Below the pieces are notes generated by a model that had not been told where the DNA came from, searched no databases, and was given only the letters and a program-made list of their open reading frames with translations. 64,000 nucleotides of DNA, from positions 1-64,000 of IMG/VR virus record IMGVR_UViG_3300043449_002450; one strand, given 5' to 3'. The DNA is from a virus. A program made the position numbers and the translations under genes. Below, piece after piece: positions 17,109 through 27,392 of this stretch (its first letter is position 1; every line of letters starts with the position of its first letter).

Positions 17109-17303
17109 ATGAGTCTTGTAGATAGTTGGTCAGAGCTTCGCACTCTTGTTGAGAGCATCGAGGTCGATGTTAAGAAGCATGCAAGCGGTAATAAGTCTGC
17201 TGGTGTCCGAGCACGTCGTGGCTTGCGACTTGTTAAGCAGGCAGCGGCAAATCTTGTCAAGCTTTCAATGGATAGTGACAAGGACGAAAGCACCGCTGGG
17301 TAA
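17109..17303 (+). CDS. Histone H1-like nucleoid protein, Hc1 family
   Basis: GNKSAGVRARRGL matches the Hc1 signature GNKAAGxRARK; GGAGG RBS. Confidence 0.8.
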   Translation: MSLVDSWSELRTLVESIEVDVKKHASGNKSAGVRARRGLRLVKQAAANLVKLSMDSDKDESTAG

Positions 17304-17325
17304 GTCTTAGTTACCCTTAAAAGTT

Positions 17326-17351
17326 TGAAGGCCGCCAAAAGGCGGCCTTCA
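17326..17351. terminator. Hairpin terminator between convergent genes
   Basis: TGAAGGCCGCC-AAAA-GGCGGCCTTCA, perfect 11-bp stem. Confidence 0.8.
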
Positions 17352-17352
17352 C

Positions 17353-17577
17353 TTATTTTAGAACCAATCCAGATAATTTCTGGACCACCTTTTTCTCTAT
17401 CTGACAGATTCTCATCCTTGTCACACCTAAGATGTCACCTATCTCTTGTAGAGAGAGCGGACCTTTCTTTGACAATATAAGAGTGCAATTTTGACCTTCC
17501 TTACAGTTTATCCACATCCTGCATGTTTTGTTCTGGCAGGGAACATTCTCTTTATCGTGTAGATCAAAGCACTTCAT
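17353..17577 (-). CDS. Stand-alone sigma-70 region 4 HTH protein with Cys-rich N-terminus
   Basis: LSLQEIGDILGVTRMRICQIEKKVVQKL matches sigma region 4.2; five Cys in the first 31 aa. Confidence 0.8.
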   Translation of the reverse strand: MKCFDLHDKENVPCQNKTCRMWINCKEGQNCTLILSKKGPLSLQEIGDILGVTRMRICQIEKKVVQKLSGLVLK

Positions 17578-17659
17578 TTAAAACCTCGATGACATAATCA
17601 TATTGATATAATGTCTTATTTACTGGAAGATAAGTAGATGTTAGAGAGCGGAGAATATT

Positions 17660-20659
17660 GTGGCAGTCAAGCGAAAGATATTTCAAGAAGGAAAGATCTA
17701 CACATATGATGGCACTGACGGTGTCTATTCTGTTGTTATGGGCGAAGTCCTTGAAGGCGATGGTTACCCACTTCTCAGCTACGGTGACGGTCCTCCTGTC
17801 TCTGGAAGTGGTAAGAAAGGTGATATATTCATTGATAGGGTAAATTTTAAGCTTTATACAAGAGGTGACACAAATTGGGATTCTGGAGTCACTTTTAAGG
17901 GAGCAACAGGGCCGCAAGGGGCAACAGGTGCAACAGGAACAGCTAGCGCGCTAACAGGATATCTTACAAATGAGACACACACGGTAGCATCAACCGCAGC
18001 ATCTCCTGCCAAACTTATAGGCACAACGCCGCTAGCAACTGCAGGTGGATCAATAGTTTTACTCAACGGAACTAAGATCCTTGATGAAAATGTTTCTTTC
18101 ACGATGGTTGAACAGACATCGAGCGATGCAACATATTCTTGGAAGATAAAAGGCGGAACAGACGGATCTAATGGCTTAAAAGTTAGAGTCAATAAGACAA
18201 CAGGCACTTATGACGTTTCTGAGACGGGCAGCAATGCGTGGACAAGCGACTCAGAGACATTTGATATTAGAGGAACGTATGATGGAACTAATATTATCAA
18301 GACATATAAGATCACAAAGTCAAAAGGCGCAACAATCATAAGGCTAGTAGCATCGGGACAGACATTTAGAGTAAAGACAGATGGGACTGCTGCTAACGCA
18401 TCAAGTAAGGTGTATTTCACTGCAAAAAAGCAGGGTCATGCTGGGACGGGAAGTGGTGATGTCCTGTGGCGTGTCTTTGGTGTAGCTGCAGATGGAACAG
18501 AGACTGATATATCTGATGGAAGAGTCGGTCCGACGGGATCAGTCCTAACGGTCCCTTCAACATCAAATACAGACAAGCTTAATGCAAACATGACGGCATC
18601 GCAGTTTCTTACAGGCATAAAATTACCTGCAGGTGACGATTACGTGTCACTAAAGGTGGAAGCTTCTTTTGATGGAACAGAAGATGAGGTCACACTTAAT
18701 CCTGTTGCAGATGGAGCAGACGGTGTAACACCCGTATCAGGTTATCTTACAAATGAGGTTCACTCAGTCGCTGCATACACATTTGATAATGGTAGAATAA
18801 ACAAGGATGAGCTATCAGGAACAACGCTGGTGAATGCTGGCGGCACATTTAAGGTTCTTGAAGGCACAACAGATAAGACAACATCGGCAACATTCTCCCT
18901 ACCCGCACAAGGAGAATCGTCATCAGGAACGTCAGGTGGCAGCGCTTATGTTGAAAAAAATGGTCTAAGATTGGAAATCAACACATCTACAGGTGTCTAC
19001 ACACTGAAGATACCATCAAATGGAGTGTCAGGATGGACATCACAACGCGGCGAAGCCTTTACGCTGAGAGCCACATACTCTGGAGTCAGTGTTGATAAGA
19101 TCTATAGGATAGTAAAAACTAAAACAGGCGAAGCAGTTGTCCTTACACCATCAGCATTCACATTCAATCTCAAACCTGATGGGACAGCTAAAAATGCAAG
19201 TGATTTAATAACATTTAAAGCTAAAATAAGCTCTGTCAAGGGTGCAAAATCAGCAAATGATGATGTAACCTGGACTGTTTATGGAGTTCAGGCTGACGGG
19301 TCAATCACATCTGCTTTGCAATCAACATCTACGGCATTTGATGGAGACTTCCTTCAGGTTATTGCAGGAGATGATCTAACAATCGCTAAAATGACGATTG
19401 CAAAGTTTGTAACAGCTAGATCATCATACAACGCATTAAAAGTTAGAGCGACCTATGATACGGGTGTCTTTGACGAGGTGACTATTAATCCCTCATTCGA
19501 TGGATCAGATGGTGCTAATGGTGCTGATGCTATTTCTGGTTATCTTACGAATGAGTCTGATACAGTTCCTGCTGATGCAGATGGAAATGTTACATCTCTC
19601 GCTGCAGCAACAGGTAACTTCATTGTCCAGCAAGGTGGCTCAACAGTATCATCTAATATTGTCTATCGTGCTGATACTGCTGGATCAGGAACAACACAGA
19701 CCTTAAATAATTTAAAATTAACAATAAACTCATCAACAGGCGCATACTCTCTTGCTGAAACATCATCAGGCGCTTGGTCATCAAGCAAAGAGACGTTTAC
19801 TGTTAGAGCAATTTATTCGGGTGTTTCTCCTGCCGTCACCATCACTAAGACATACAAAATTTCTAAAGCGATTAAAGGTGTTGCTGGTTCGGCAGGTGTC
19901 AACGGGAACACAACTCTTCAAGGAATAGCAGCACCCACAGGTGCAGTAGGCGCGCTCAACGACACTTTCTTAGATACAACAAACTATATCATCTATAAAA
20001 AGACCGGATCAAGCACGTGGGAAGTGCAGGGTACAACATTCAAAGGCGCAACAGGATCTAAGGGTGACGGAGTTGCAACATACTCAGCAACGATGGCTGT
20101 AGATAACACTGTTGGTCTCTCAAATTCAACTGAGAATAAAGATGCAGAATATCTAATACTGAATAATGTCATACAAGATGTTGGATCTGTTGTTACAGCA
20201 TCTGACATTACTTCTGGCAGCACTGTAATTGGCAGAAAATTTGTAATAAGTTCGACAGGAAATTACAACATAAAATTCATAAATGTTATTAAAGTCACTG
20301 GATCAACAAGCACATCTGTTCAAGTAATTTCTGCTATAAGAGTTGCAGGAGCAACAAATACGCTCACTACATCAGACATTGGATCAGGAGCTACAGTTTT
20401 AACATTATTTGGACCAGCTGCGCTAGGATCGAGTGATATTAGCACAATATCAAGCAAATCAAACACAATTTCCCACACAGGTGGGCAAACAACGTATTCT
20501 GTCCAGACACATGAAAAAACTATAAAACTTAAAGCAGGAGTCCAAGTTGTCTTCACAGTTGATCGTGGTAGTTCATCCAACGCATGCACTGTTATAACAA
20601 ACACACTTACAGGTGATGAGACAGGTGAGAATACCATTATTTCAATCACTAAACTCTAA
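17660..20659 (+). CDS. Large tail fibre / virion appendage protein with internal repeats
   Basis: 999 aa, T/S/G-rich; short collagen-like GATGPQGATGATG; three GYLTNE repeats. Confidence 0.75.
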   Translation: MAVKRKIFQEGKIYTYDGTDGVYSVVMGEVLEGDGYPLLSYGDGPPVSGSGKKGDIFIDRVNFKLYTRGDTNWDSGVTFKGATGPQGATGATGTASALTGYLTNETHTVASTAASPAKLIGTTPLATAGGSIVLLNGTKILDENVSFTMVEQTSSDATYSWKIKGGTDGSNGLKVRVNKTTGTYDVSETGSNAWTSDSETFDIRGTYDGTNIIKTYKITKSKGATIIRLVASGQTFRVKTDGTAANASSKVYFTAKKQGHAGTGSGDVLWRVFGVAADGTETDISDGRVGPTGSVLTVPSTSNTDKLNANMTASQFLTGIKLPAGDDYVSLKVEASFDGTEDEVTLNPVADGADGVTPVSGYLTNEVHSVAAYTFDNGRINKDELSGTTLVNAGGTFKVLEGTTDKTTSATFSLPAQGESSSGTSGGSAYVEKNGLRLEINTSTGVYTLKIPSNGVSGWTSQRGEAFTLRATYSGVSVDKIYRIVKTKTGEAVVLTPSAFTFNLKPDGTAKNASDLITFKAKISSVKGAKSANDDVTWTVYGVQADGSITSALQSTSTAFDGDFLQVIAGDDLTIAKMTIAKFVTARSSYNALKVRATYDTGVFDEVTINPSFDGSDGANGADAISGYLTNESDTVPADADGNVTSLAAATGNFIVQQGGSTVSSNIVYRADTAGSGTTQTLNNLKLTINSSTGAYSLAETSSGAWSSSKETFTVRAIYSGVSPAVTITKTYKISKAIKGVAGSAGVNGNTTLQGIAAPTGAVGALNDTFLDTTNYIIYKKTGSSTWEVQGTTFKGATGSKGDGVATYSATMAVDNTVGLSNSTENKDAEYLILNNVIQDVGSVVTASDITSGSTVIGRKFVISSTGNYNIKFINVIKVTGSTSTSVQVISAIRVAGATNTLTTSDIGSGATVLTLFGPAALGSSDISTISSKSNTISHTGGQTTYSVQTHEKTIKLKAGVQVVFTVDRGSSSNACTVITNTLTGDETGENTIISITKL

Positions 20660-20706
20660 ATTTTCTGGTTCTTCTAAGATGATTAGTATCTAGTAGGAGT
20701 CTAATT

Positions 20707-22017
20707 TTGTCAAATCGAAAGCTTCTTGTCATCGACACCTCGGTCATGCTCTACGACCCTAACTCACTCACGGTCTTTCGAGGTAATGACGTTATCATTC
20801 CTCTAATTGTTCTAGAAGAGCTAGATCGTTTCAAGGAGCGGAAGGAGCAGATAGGATCATCTGCTCGCGAGGTCAATCGCTTCCTGGACTCGCTTAGGAA
20901 GCTGGGCAGCCTTCACGACGGCGTCGCCGTTCCAGACAAAGATGTGACGATCCGTGTGGTGCAGGTCAATGTATCACAGAATGATGCACCTTCTGAGTTT
21001 CCGATCGAGAAAGGCGATAACAAGATCATCGCGGTCGCACTGACATTAAAGGAGCGCAACCCAGATCGTGAGGTTCGTGTCATCACCAAGGACATCAACC
21101 TCCGAGTCAAGTGCGATGCTCTAGGCATGAGGGCCGAAGATTATTACAGCGACATCCCACAGTCATTTAGAGAGGGCTCACCGAGCTACTCTGGCCAGGC
21201 CCAGATCACTGTTGCCAACCGAGATGTAGATATGTTCTACCAGGAGGGTGAGGTGTCTCTGATTGAAACAGAGGGACTTCTAGAGAACCAGCTAGTTGTA
21301 GGACAGTCGGATATTGACCCACAGAAGTCTATTCTTGGAATATATTCGAAGGGCAGTGTTAGGAAGCCAAAGATCTTCCTTGAGTCCTCGATGGGAATCA
21401 AGCCCCGTAGCAAGGAGCAGACAGCAGCGCTTCATCTTCTCACCAATAAGGACATCCCGCTTGTGAGCCTAACAGGTCTTGCAGGATCTGGCAAGACGTT
21501 CCTTGCGCTTGTTGCAGGAATGTCGGGTTTAAACTCAAAGCTCTACGATCGAATTGTCATCACACGATCGATCGAGCCTGTCGGACGTGATCTAGGATTC
21601 TTACCAGGGACGTTAGAGGAGAAGATGGCGCCCTGGTTGATGCCTATTGTTGACAATTTTAGAAGTGCATTTCACGATTCTTCATACTTTGAGATGATGC
21701 GCCAGAAGGGAAGCATTGAGATCTCACCTGTTAGCTACATCCGAGGTCGTAGCTTCAACAATTGCTTCATAATTGTCGACGAAGCCCAGAACTTAACCAT
21801 TCACGAGATTAAGACAATTATCACACGATGTGGATCTGGAACGAAGATCGTTCTTCTAGGCGACACCGACCAGGTTGACACGCCATACCTTGACAAGCTA
21901 TCAAATGGATTAGCAATTGCCATTGAGAAGTTGAAAGGTAATGAGCTCTTTGGGCACATAAAGTTGGATCGTGGTGAGAGATCAGCGCTCGCAACTTTAG
22001 CAAGTCGTGAGTTGTAG
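20707..22017 (+). CDS. phoH: PIN-PhoH fusion (PhoH2/YlaK-like)
   Basis: PIN motifs VIDTSV, VLEELDRFK and TKDINLRVK; PhoH motifs GLAGSGKT, LGFLPG, RGRSF, DEAQN, GDTDQ. Confidence 0.92.
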   Translation: MSNRKLLVIDTSVMLYDPNSLTVFRGNDVIIPLIVLEELDRFKERKEQIGSSAREVNRFLDSLRKLGSLHDGVAVPDKDVTIRVVQVNVSQNDAPSEFPIEKGDNKIIAVALTLKERNPDREVRVITKDINLRVKCDALGMRAEDYYSDIPQSFREGSPSYSGQAQITVANRDVDMFYQEGEVSLIETEGLLENQLVVGQSDIDPQKSILGIYSKGSVRKPKIFLESSMGIKPRSKEQTAALHLLTNKDIPLVSLTGLAGSGKTFLALVAGMSGLNSKLYDRIVITRSIEPVGRDLGFLPGTLEEKMAPWLMPIVDNFRSAFHDSSYFEMMRQKGSIEISPVSYIRGRSFNNCFIIVDEAQNLTIHEIKTIITRCGSGTKIVLLGDTDQVDTPYLDKLSNGLAIAIEKLKGNELFGHIKLDRGERSALATLASREL

Positions 22018-22051
22018 TCCCGTAACAGCCTAATTAAACTTTGAGGATGTC

Positions 22052-22366
22052 ATGGGAAGCGTTACTCTTAAGAAAAGAGATCTTGCACGCTACTCCAAGG
22101 TCTACCCGTATAGTAGACAAGAGCCGCGCTATGTCTACTTTGCGAATGAGTCATTTGCTCTAGAGAGCACGACTGTAGATTTTAACGGGGGAGATCAAGC
22201 TACCTATGCATTTGCCAATTCATATTCATCTGTGCCCGTCGTTGTTGCCACGTCTCTAGATGATTCATTCAATGTCTTTGTAAGCGCAATTTCGACAACA
22301 CAAGTGACTGTTAAGGCAAGCATGGCTAACAATAGCTCAGCATCAATTGTCGTGGTGTCACAATGA
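22052..22366 (+). CDS. Small beta-rich virion protein
   Basis: FANSYSSVPVVVAT...VSAISTTQVTV resembles fibre-tip/lectin-like folds; sits before the fibre genes. Confidence 0.65.
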   Translation: MGSVTLKKRDLARYSKVYPYSRQEPRYVYFANESFALESTTVDFNGGDQATYAFANSYSSVPVVVATSLDDSFNVFVSAISTTQVTVKASMANNSSASIVVVSQ

Positions 22367-22590
22367 ATGTCGTATCTTTGCAATTTGGGACTGCTTCTCT
22401 TGATAGTGCAGGATTGAGCCCAATTTTAGTCACAAATCCAGATTTTAGTCAAAGTGTTACAGGTTTAATAGGCACACCTGAATCTAATGTTTCAATCGCA
22501 TTTTATAACGTAGCAGATGAACTTTATGCTGTCGAAGCATCCTTCCCGGCAGCGACCAACTTTAACTACCTAATAGTGAGTTCTAGATAA
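22363..22590 (+). CDS. Small hypothetical protein
   Basis: Coupled to neighbours at both ends. Confidence 0.6.
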   Translation: MNVVSLQFGTASLDSAGLSPILVTNPDFSQSVTGLIGTPESNVSIAFYNVADELYAVEASFPAATNFNYLIVSSR

Positions 22591-25370
22591 TGGCATCGAG
22601 ACCACCAGATTTTAAAGCATCCGGCGTAAGAGCCGAGAGGATCATTGCGTCAGGCAGTGATACAAACCCAAAGCTTTACATCATTGGCAAAGATGCTGCC
22701 GGAAACGATGGAATAACAGTCGATACTAATGATCTAATTCTATCGGGTGATGGAACAGATTCATGGCTATTTATCTCAGGCGGAATAGGAAACAATAATC
22801 GAGTCACATTTGGTGGCGATGTCTATATTTCAGGAAGCCTGTCGGGTGGGGCAGCTGGATCTGACAAAGAAGTACAGTTCAATAAGCTGGGATCTTTTAG
22901 TGGTAGTTCTGGTTTCAAATATGACTATTCGACACAAACACTAATTGTTGCTAATCTTACAGTTACTGGAACTTCGACAGTAATAACATCATCAAACCTT
23001 GTCATATCAGATCCTATAGTTTACCTAGCATCTGGTAGCAAGACTTCGAACCAGAATGGTGGTATTGCAATAGCATCTGGATCGAGTATTACTAACCAGG
23101 CGCTTGTTTTTGGAAGGGTGGCCAATGACACGTGGGGTGTTGGACGGCAAGATGTAACAGGCGGAACAGCAACAAGCTTAACAACAATGACACACGTTCC
23201 CTTGAGAGCGTCTGCCATACAGTTAGGAGGAACAGTTGCAGTTATTACATCATCAGATGGGACCACAGTAATAGTCAGCGGCTCGGGTGTTCAAGTCAAG
23301 GGTGACAATTCTAGCGGTGTTAAATTCTATGAGAGCGGGGCAGAGTATCTAAAATTTACTATGAACGCAGGAAGCAGCGCGCTCATTGCATCAACTGAAT
23401 CTGCGTATCCTTCACTTTATCTTTCGGGTCAAGCTGTCCATCTAGATTCTTCTGATGGTTTGACTTGGTTTGGTAGATACTCAAGCGAACGCCTTGCCAT
23501 AGATCACACTGATTCATCTAGCCCCAAGATTGTATCAAGATTCCCGTCAGGTCAGTCTGTTAATCTAGTAATCTCAGGATCGCAAGTTGCAATAGGCTCA
23601 AATGCTGGAACAACAACATTCACTCGTGGGACAACTGGATTTTTAAAGGTTGGATACAATGGTGCTAATGATGTCACAGTTGATGGGTCACCTTATGTAA
23701 CGACTCTAGGATCGCAGAATATTACGGCTGTTAGCGGGTCTAGTGTCACACTGAACACAACTAATGGAGTTAATCTCCAGAAAGACGGCGCAACATACAT
23801 TAACATCAATAATAATAGAATATTCACAGATCTATCGGCCTCAAATAGCATCTATGTTAAACCCGGCATGTCAGGATCTTTGTATGTTTCTGGCACACTA
23901 ATCACAAATAATATTACTGGATCAAATATGTTGCTGTCTGGTGACATCGCTGTGAATGGCGGTGACATCACAACAACGGCAACAACATTTAATCTTGTCA
24001 ATGCAACAGCGACAACGGTTAATATTGCAGGCGGCGCATCAACTGCCACAAATATTGGTAATGCTTCTGGACTCACAACAATCGCTGGCGACATCAGAAT
24101 CTCTGGCAATGATATACAATCTAGCACTGGAGCAACTGCTTTAAGTTTTATAGGACCTAGCGTCACAGTTGGAGGAGACCTACAGGTTTTTGGAAATAAC
24201 ATAAAGGGTTCTGCTGGCCTCACTGCCATGACGATAAGCTCGACAGATGTCTCTGTTGTAGGTGATCTGGCAGTAAATGGCGGTGACTTAACAACCAACC
24301 AGACAACTTTCAATGTCATAAATTCTACTGCTACAACTGTAAATTTTGGTGGCGGAGCAACCAATAGAATCAATATAGGAAATTCTTCTGGACAAACTTG
24401 GATTTCAGGCTCGGCTAGATTTCCGCAAGGTTTATCGGGATCATTGACACGTCTCACAGATGGTTCTGCATATATTGTTGCCGGCCCCAATATCACTATC
24501 AATACAGGTTCTAATGGCAGTATTGAGATAACTGGATCTGCAGGTGGCGGAGGCGGTCCGTCTGGACCGTTTACAGAGGCAAGTAATATTGCTGCATATA
24601 CCACTTCATCGATTGCCATCGGTTTGGGTGCAATATCATCGACACAGGGAAGTGATGTCTCCTTCTTTGTATCAGGTTCGATAGGAAGTGCACCATCAAG
24701 AGCTTCTAGCGGATTATCTCTATTTGGTGGTGATGTATTAACGTCTGGATCGATTCATCTTGTAACTGGAAGTTACCAATCGTCTGTATCGCTTATTGGA
24801 ACAGCAACATCTGCAAGCCTAGAGATCAGAAATATGACGCTCGGCGGCGGTGTCCTTCACAGTGTCAAGACATCTACTAATAACACGGTTAATTTCCTTG
24901 AAGTCCTGCCTAATGGTTCACAGGAAAACACGAAGATAGCCCTAATGAGGTCGGCGTATGCTGGAAGCACTGCGACCAATCCTTATAAGGCAACAGATAC
25001 AAACTTCTTTGTAGGCGGCCTAGCCGGATCAAAGGGCGGCTCGACGGGAGGAACGTCGGTCTTCGGTGGCGACTTGATGATCTCTGGATCTTCATATGTT
25101 GGAACAAGCACGTCTGATAAGCTAAATGTTCGTGCATCGCTAGCATCTAGTATTATTCCGGACGCTGATCGTGTCTACGACTTGGGAACGTCAACACTGA
25201 GATTCGCAAATATCTACACAGGTGACCTGCACCTTAAGAATGATCGTGGTGACTACACTCTAATTGAGGAAGAAGATTGCCTCACGATCAGATTTAACAA
25301 GACAGGAAAGAGATATAAATTTCTTCTCGAATCTGTGCCACAATATGATGAAGATCCTATTGTAAGGTGA
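22590..25370 (+). CDS. Tail fibre-like protein 1 (SGS-rich)
   Basis: GD(I/L)AVNGGD repeats; C-terminal RFANIYTGDLHLKNDRGDYTLIEEED domain typical of phage fibre ends. Confidence 0.8.
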   Translation: MASRPPDFKASGVRAERIIASGSDTNPKLYIIGKDAAGNDGITVDTNDLILSGDGTDSWLFISGGIGNNNRVTFGGDVYISGSLSGGAAGSDKEVQFNKLGSFSGSSGFKYDYSTQTLIVANLTVTGTSTVITSSNLVISDPIVYLASGSKTSNQNGGIAIASGSSITNQALVFGRVANDTWGVGRQDVTGGTATSLTTMTHVPLRASAIQLGGTVAVITSSDGTTVIVSGSGVQVKGDNSSGVKFYESGAEYLKFTMNAGSSALIASTESAYPSLYLSGQAVHLDSSDGLTWFGRYSSERLAIDHTDSSSPKIVSRFPSGQSVNLVISGSQVAIGSNAGTTTFTRGTTGFLKVGYNGANDVTVDGSPYVTTLGSQNITAVSGSSVTLNTTNGVNLQKDGATYININNNRIFTDLSASNSIYVKPGMSGSLYVSGTLITNNITGSNMLLSGDIAVNGGDITTTATTFNLVNATATTVNIAGGASTATNIGNASGLTTIAGDIRISGNDIQSSTGATALSFIGPSVTVGGDLQVFGNNIKGSAGLTAMTISSTDVSVVGDLAVNGGDLTTNQTTFNVINSTATTVNFGGGATNRINIGNSSGQTWISGSARFPQGLSGSLTRLTDGSAYIVAGPNITINTGSNGSIEITGSAGGGGGPSGPFTEASNIAAYTTSSIAIGLGAISSTQGSDVSFFVSGSIGSAPSRASSGLSLFGGDVLTSGSIHLVTGSYQSSVSLIGTATSASLEIRNMTLGGGVLHSVKTSTNNTVNFLEVLPNGSQENTKIALMRSAYAGSTATNPYKATDTNFFVGGLAGSKGGSTGGTSVFGGDLMISGSSYVGTSTSDKLNVRASLASSIIPDADRVYDLGTSTLRFANIYTGDLHLKNDRGDYTLIEEEDCLTIRFNKTGKRYKFLLESVPQYDEDPIVR

Positions 25371-25399
25371 TAGTTAGTTCCTGAGAATGAGGAACTTCT

Positions 25400-27370
25400 A
25401 TGGCGTTAGTCACTAACAATATCTCCGGTAGCTCAGCAGGTGACTGGAAAATTGGTGTTACAGGTTCAGTTATAATTGCAAATCCTGGATCGAGGCCATG
25501 GCCTACATTTCCAGGAACAGATGTAGATCTGTTTGTAAGCGGTAATGCTGGCGGCGTTACAGCAGGAAATGGCGTCACCGTTTTTGGAGGCGACGTTGTC
25601 CTTAGCGGAACGCTATTTGGAGGATCACCGCTTAAGATTGGAACAGATGTTGGCGTTACAGGAAGCTTGGCTCTTAATAACGTTGTCTCTGCTCCGACAG
25701 CAGGTGCTAACGAGGCAGTCCTCTACGCAAGAGCGGGAACTCTCTACTTCAAGAACGCAGGTGGTGGTGAAACAGCCGTCGGCTCCGGCGGTGGTGGCGG
25801 CGGCGGACCATTCACCGAGGAAAGCAATGTTGCAGCTTACACAACTTCATCGATTGCGGTCGGTATACAGGCAGCAGCGGCAACCAAGGGAACAAACGTC
25901 TTTCTCTTTGTCTCTGGCGCCAGCGATGGTTCGAAGGACGCGCTCTTCGGTGGAAACATAGTAACATCTGGGTCTTTGCAGGTTACTAGTACTTCAGGAG
26001 AGATTGCTCATATCGCCGGGAATGGTGAGATCAGCGGCTCGGGTGACCTTAAGGCGGGCGGAAGCCTCACCGTCGGTGGAACGGCACAGGTTGTTGGAAC
26101 TTCAACCCTAACAGGCGATGTCACCTTTGGTGGTAACATTCTTGCTGTTGGCGATACAGCAAAGAGCATCTTTACTGCAGTAACGTCCAATGCAATTACC
26201 ATTGGACAGGGCACATCAACTTTGACAGCGAGAAACCTCACAGTCAATGGAACAACTATCACTGCTACAACGCCAACTTCGATAAACCTCGGAGACACGG
26301 CAGCAACAGTTAACGTCGGTCAGAGCGGAACAAGCAACATACTAAATGTTCGTGGTAACGCAAATATTTCAGGTAATGCTGTCATTTCGGGTGACCTCAC
26401 TGTCAACGGAACGACAACGTCAGTTAATACAACAAACCTGCTTGTCAAGGATCCTCTAGTCTACCTCGCTTCTGCAAGCTCGGGCGGAACAATTAATTAC
26501 GGCGGCATCGCGATCGCATCTGGTTCGGGCTTAACAGATCAGTCTCTTGTCTTCGTCAGAGAAAGCAACGGCTCAGAGGCAATCTGGTCAGCCGGACGTC
26601 AGGATGTTTCAGGTGGACTCGCTACGACTAATCTAGGCCTTACTTACTTGCCAGTCAGGGCAAGCAAGTTTGAGATCGGAGGCACCCAGGCGTTCCTTAC
26701 GTCTTCATTCGGTCATGATGCAACGTTTAGAGCAGGATCTCTTTCTATCCATGCGACTGGCTCAAATGCCCTAGTCATATCGGGATCAACAGGGCCTAAC
26801 AACGGCGTGCAGATCAGGCTGAGTGGAATTACATACGGTCAAATCAAGGCCGACGGTAACAACATCGTCTTCGGTTCACCAGCAAATACTGCTTACCTGT
26901 CGGGCTCGGGCGTCGCCCTGCAGCATGGAATAGCAGGCGCTGTTGATTTCTTCAATAACACAACAGGTTACTTTAGAATCAACAGCGGGCCAAGTGCAAC
27001 ACAGCTATTCGGTAACTCTGATGCGGACATCTCCATTGCACCTTTCTCGGGCGCAACTGGTAAGAATGTCTTCTTAAGCGGATCAAACATCAGCCTTAGC
27101 GGATCATCTGGCATCAACTTCTACAGAGGCACATCAAGGATAGCATTCGTTGGTGCATCACCCACTAACTCACTGCTTGGTCTTCACCCCGACCAGGATG
27201 TCACATACAACCTAGGCGCGCCAGAAAGACGCTGGGCCAACATCTACACCGGAGACTTACACCTCCGAAACGATCGCGGCGACTGGACCATCATCGAGGA
27301 GAGAGATTACCTCAGCATCACGAACAACTACAACGGCAAGCGTTACAAGTTCGTTCTCGAGGAAATATAA
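25400..27370 (+). CDS. Tail fibre-like protein 2 (SGS-rich), paralogue of 22590..25370
   Basis: Shares the C-terminal RWANIYTGDLHLRNDRGDWTIIEE domain and two internal modules. Confidence 0.8.
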   Translation: MALVTNNISGSSAGDWKIGVTGSVIIANPGSRPWPTFPGTDVDLFVSGNAGGVTAGNGVTVFGGDVVLSGTLFGGSPLKIGTDVGVTGSLALNNVVSAPTAGANEAVLYARAGTLYFKNAGGGETAVGSGGGGGGGPFTEESNVAAYTTSSIAVGIQAAAATKGTNVFLFVSGASDGSKDALFGGNIVTSGSLQVTSTSGEIAHIAGNGEISGSGDLKAGGSLTVGGTAQVVGTSTLTGDVTFGGNILAVGDTAKSIFTAVTSNAITIGQGTSTLTARNLTVNGTTITATTPTSINLGDTAATVNVGQSGTSNILNVRGNANISGNAVISGDLTVNGTTTSVNTTNLLVKDPLVYLASASSGGTINYGGIAIASGSGLTDQSLVFVRESNGSEAIWSAGRQDVSGGLATTNLGLTYLPVRASKFEIGGTQAFLTSSFGHDATFRAGSLSIHATGSNALVISGSTGPNNGVQIRLSGITYGQIKADGNNIVFGSPANTAYLSGSGVALQHGIAGAVDFFNNTTGYFRINSGPSATQLFGNSDADISIAPFSGATGKNVFLSGSNISLSGSSGINFYRGTSRIAFVGASPTNSLLGLHPDQDVTYNLGAPERRWANIYTGDLHLRNDRGDWTIIEERDYLSITNNYNGKRYKFVLEEI

Positions 27371-27392
27371 TCCTCTAGTTAGTAGAGGCTTT

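Noticed and set aside
22590-27370. Diversity-generating retroelement acting on the fibres
   Set aside because: There is no reverse transcriptase in the window, and the shared C-terminal DNA differs at all base types rather than only at adenines.
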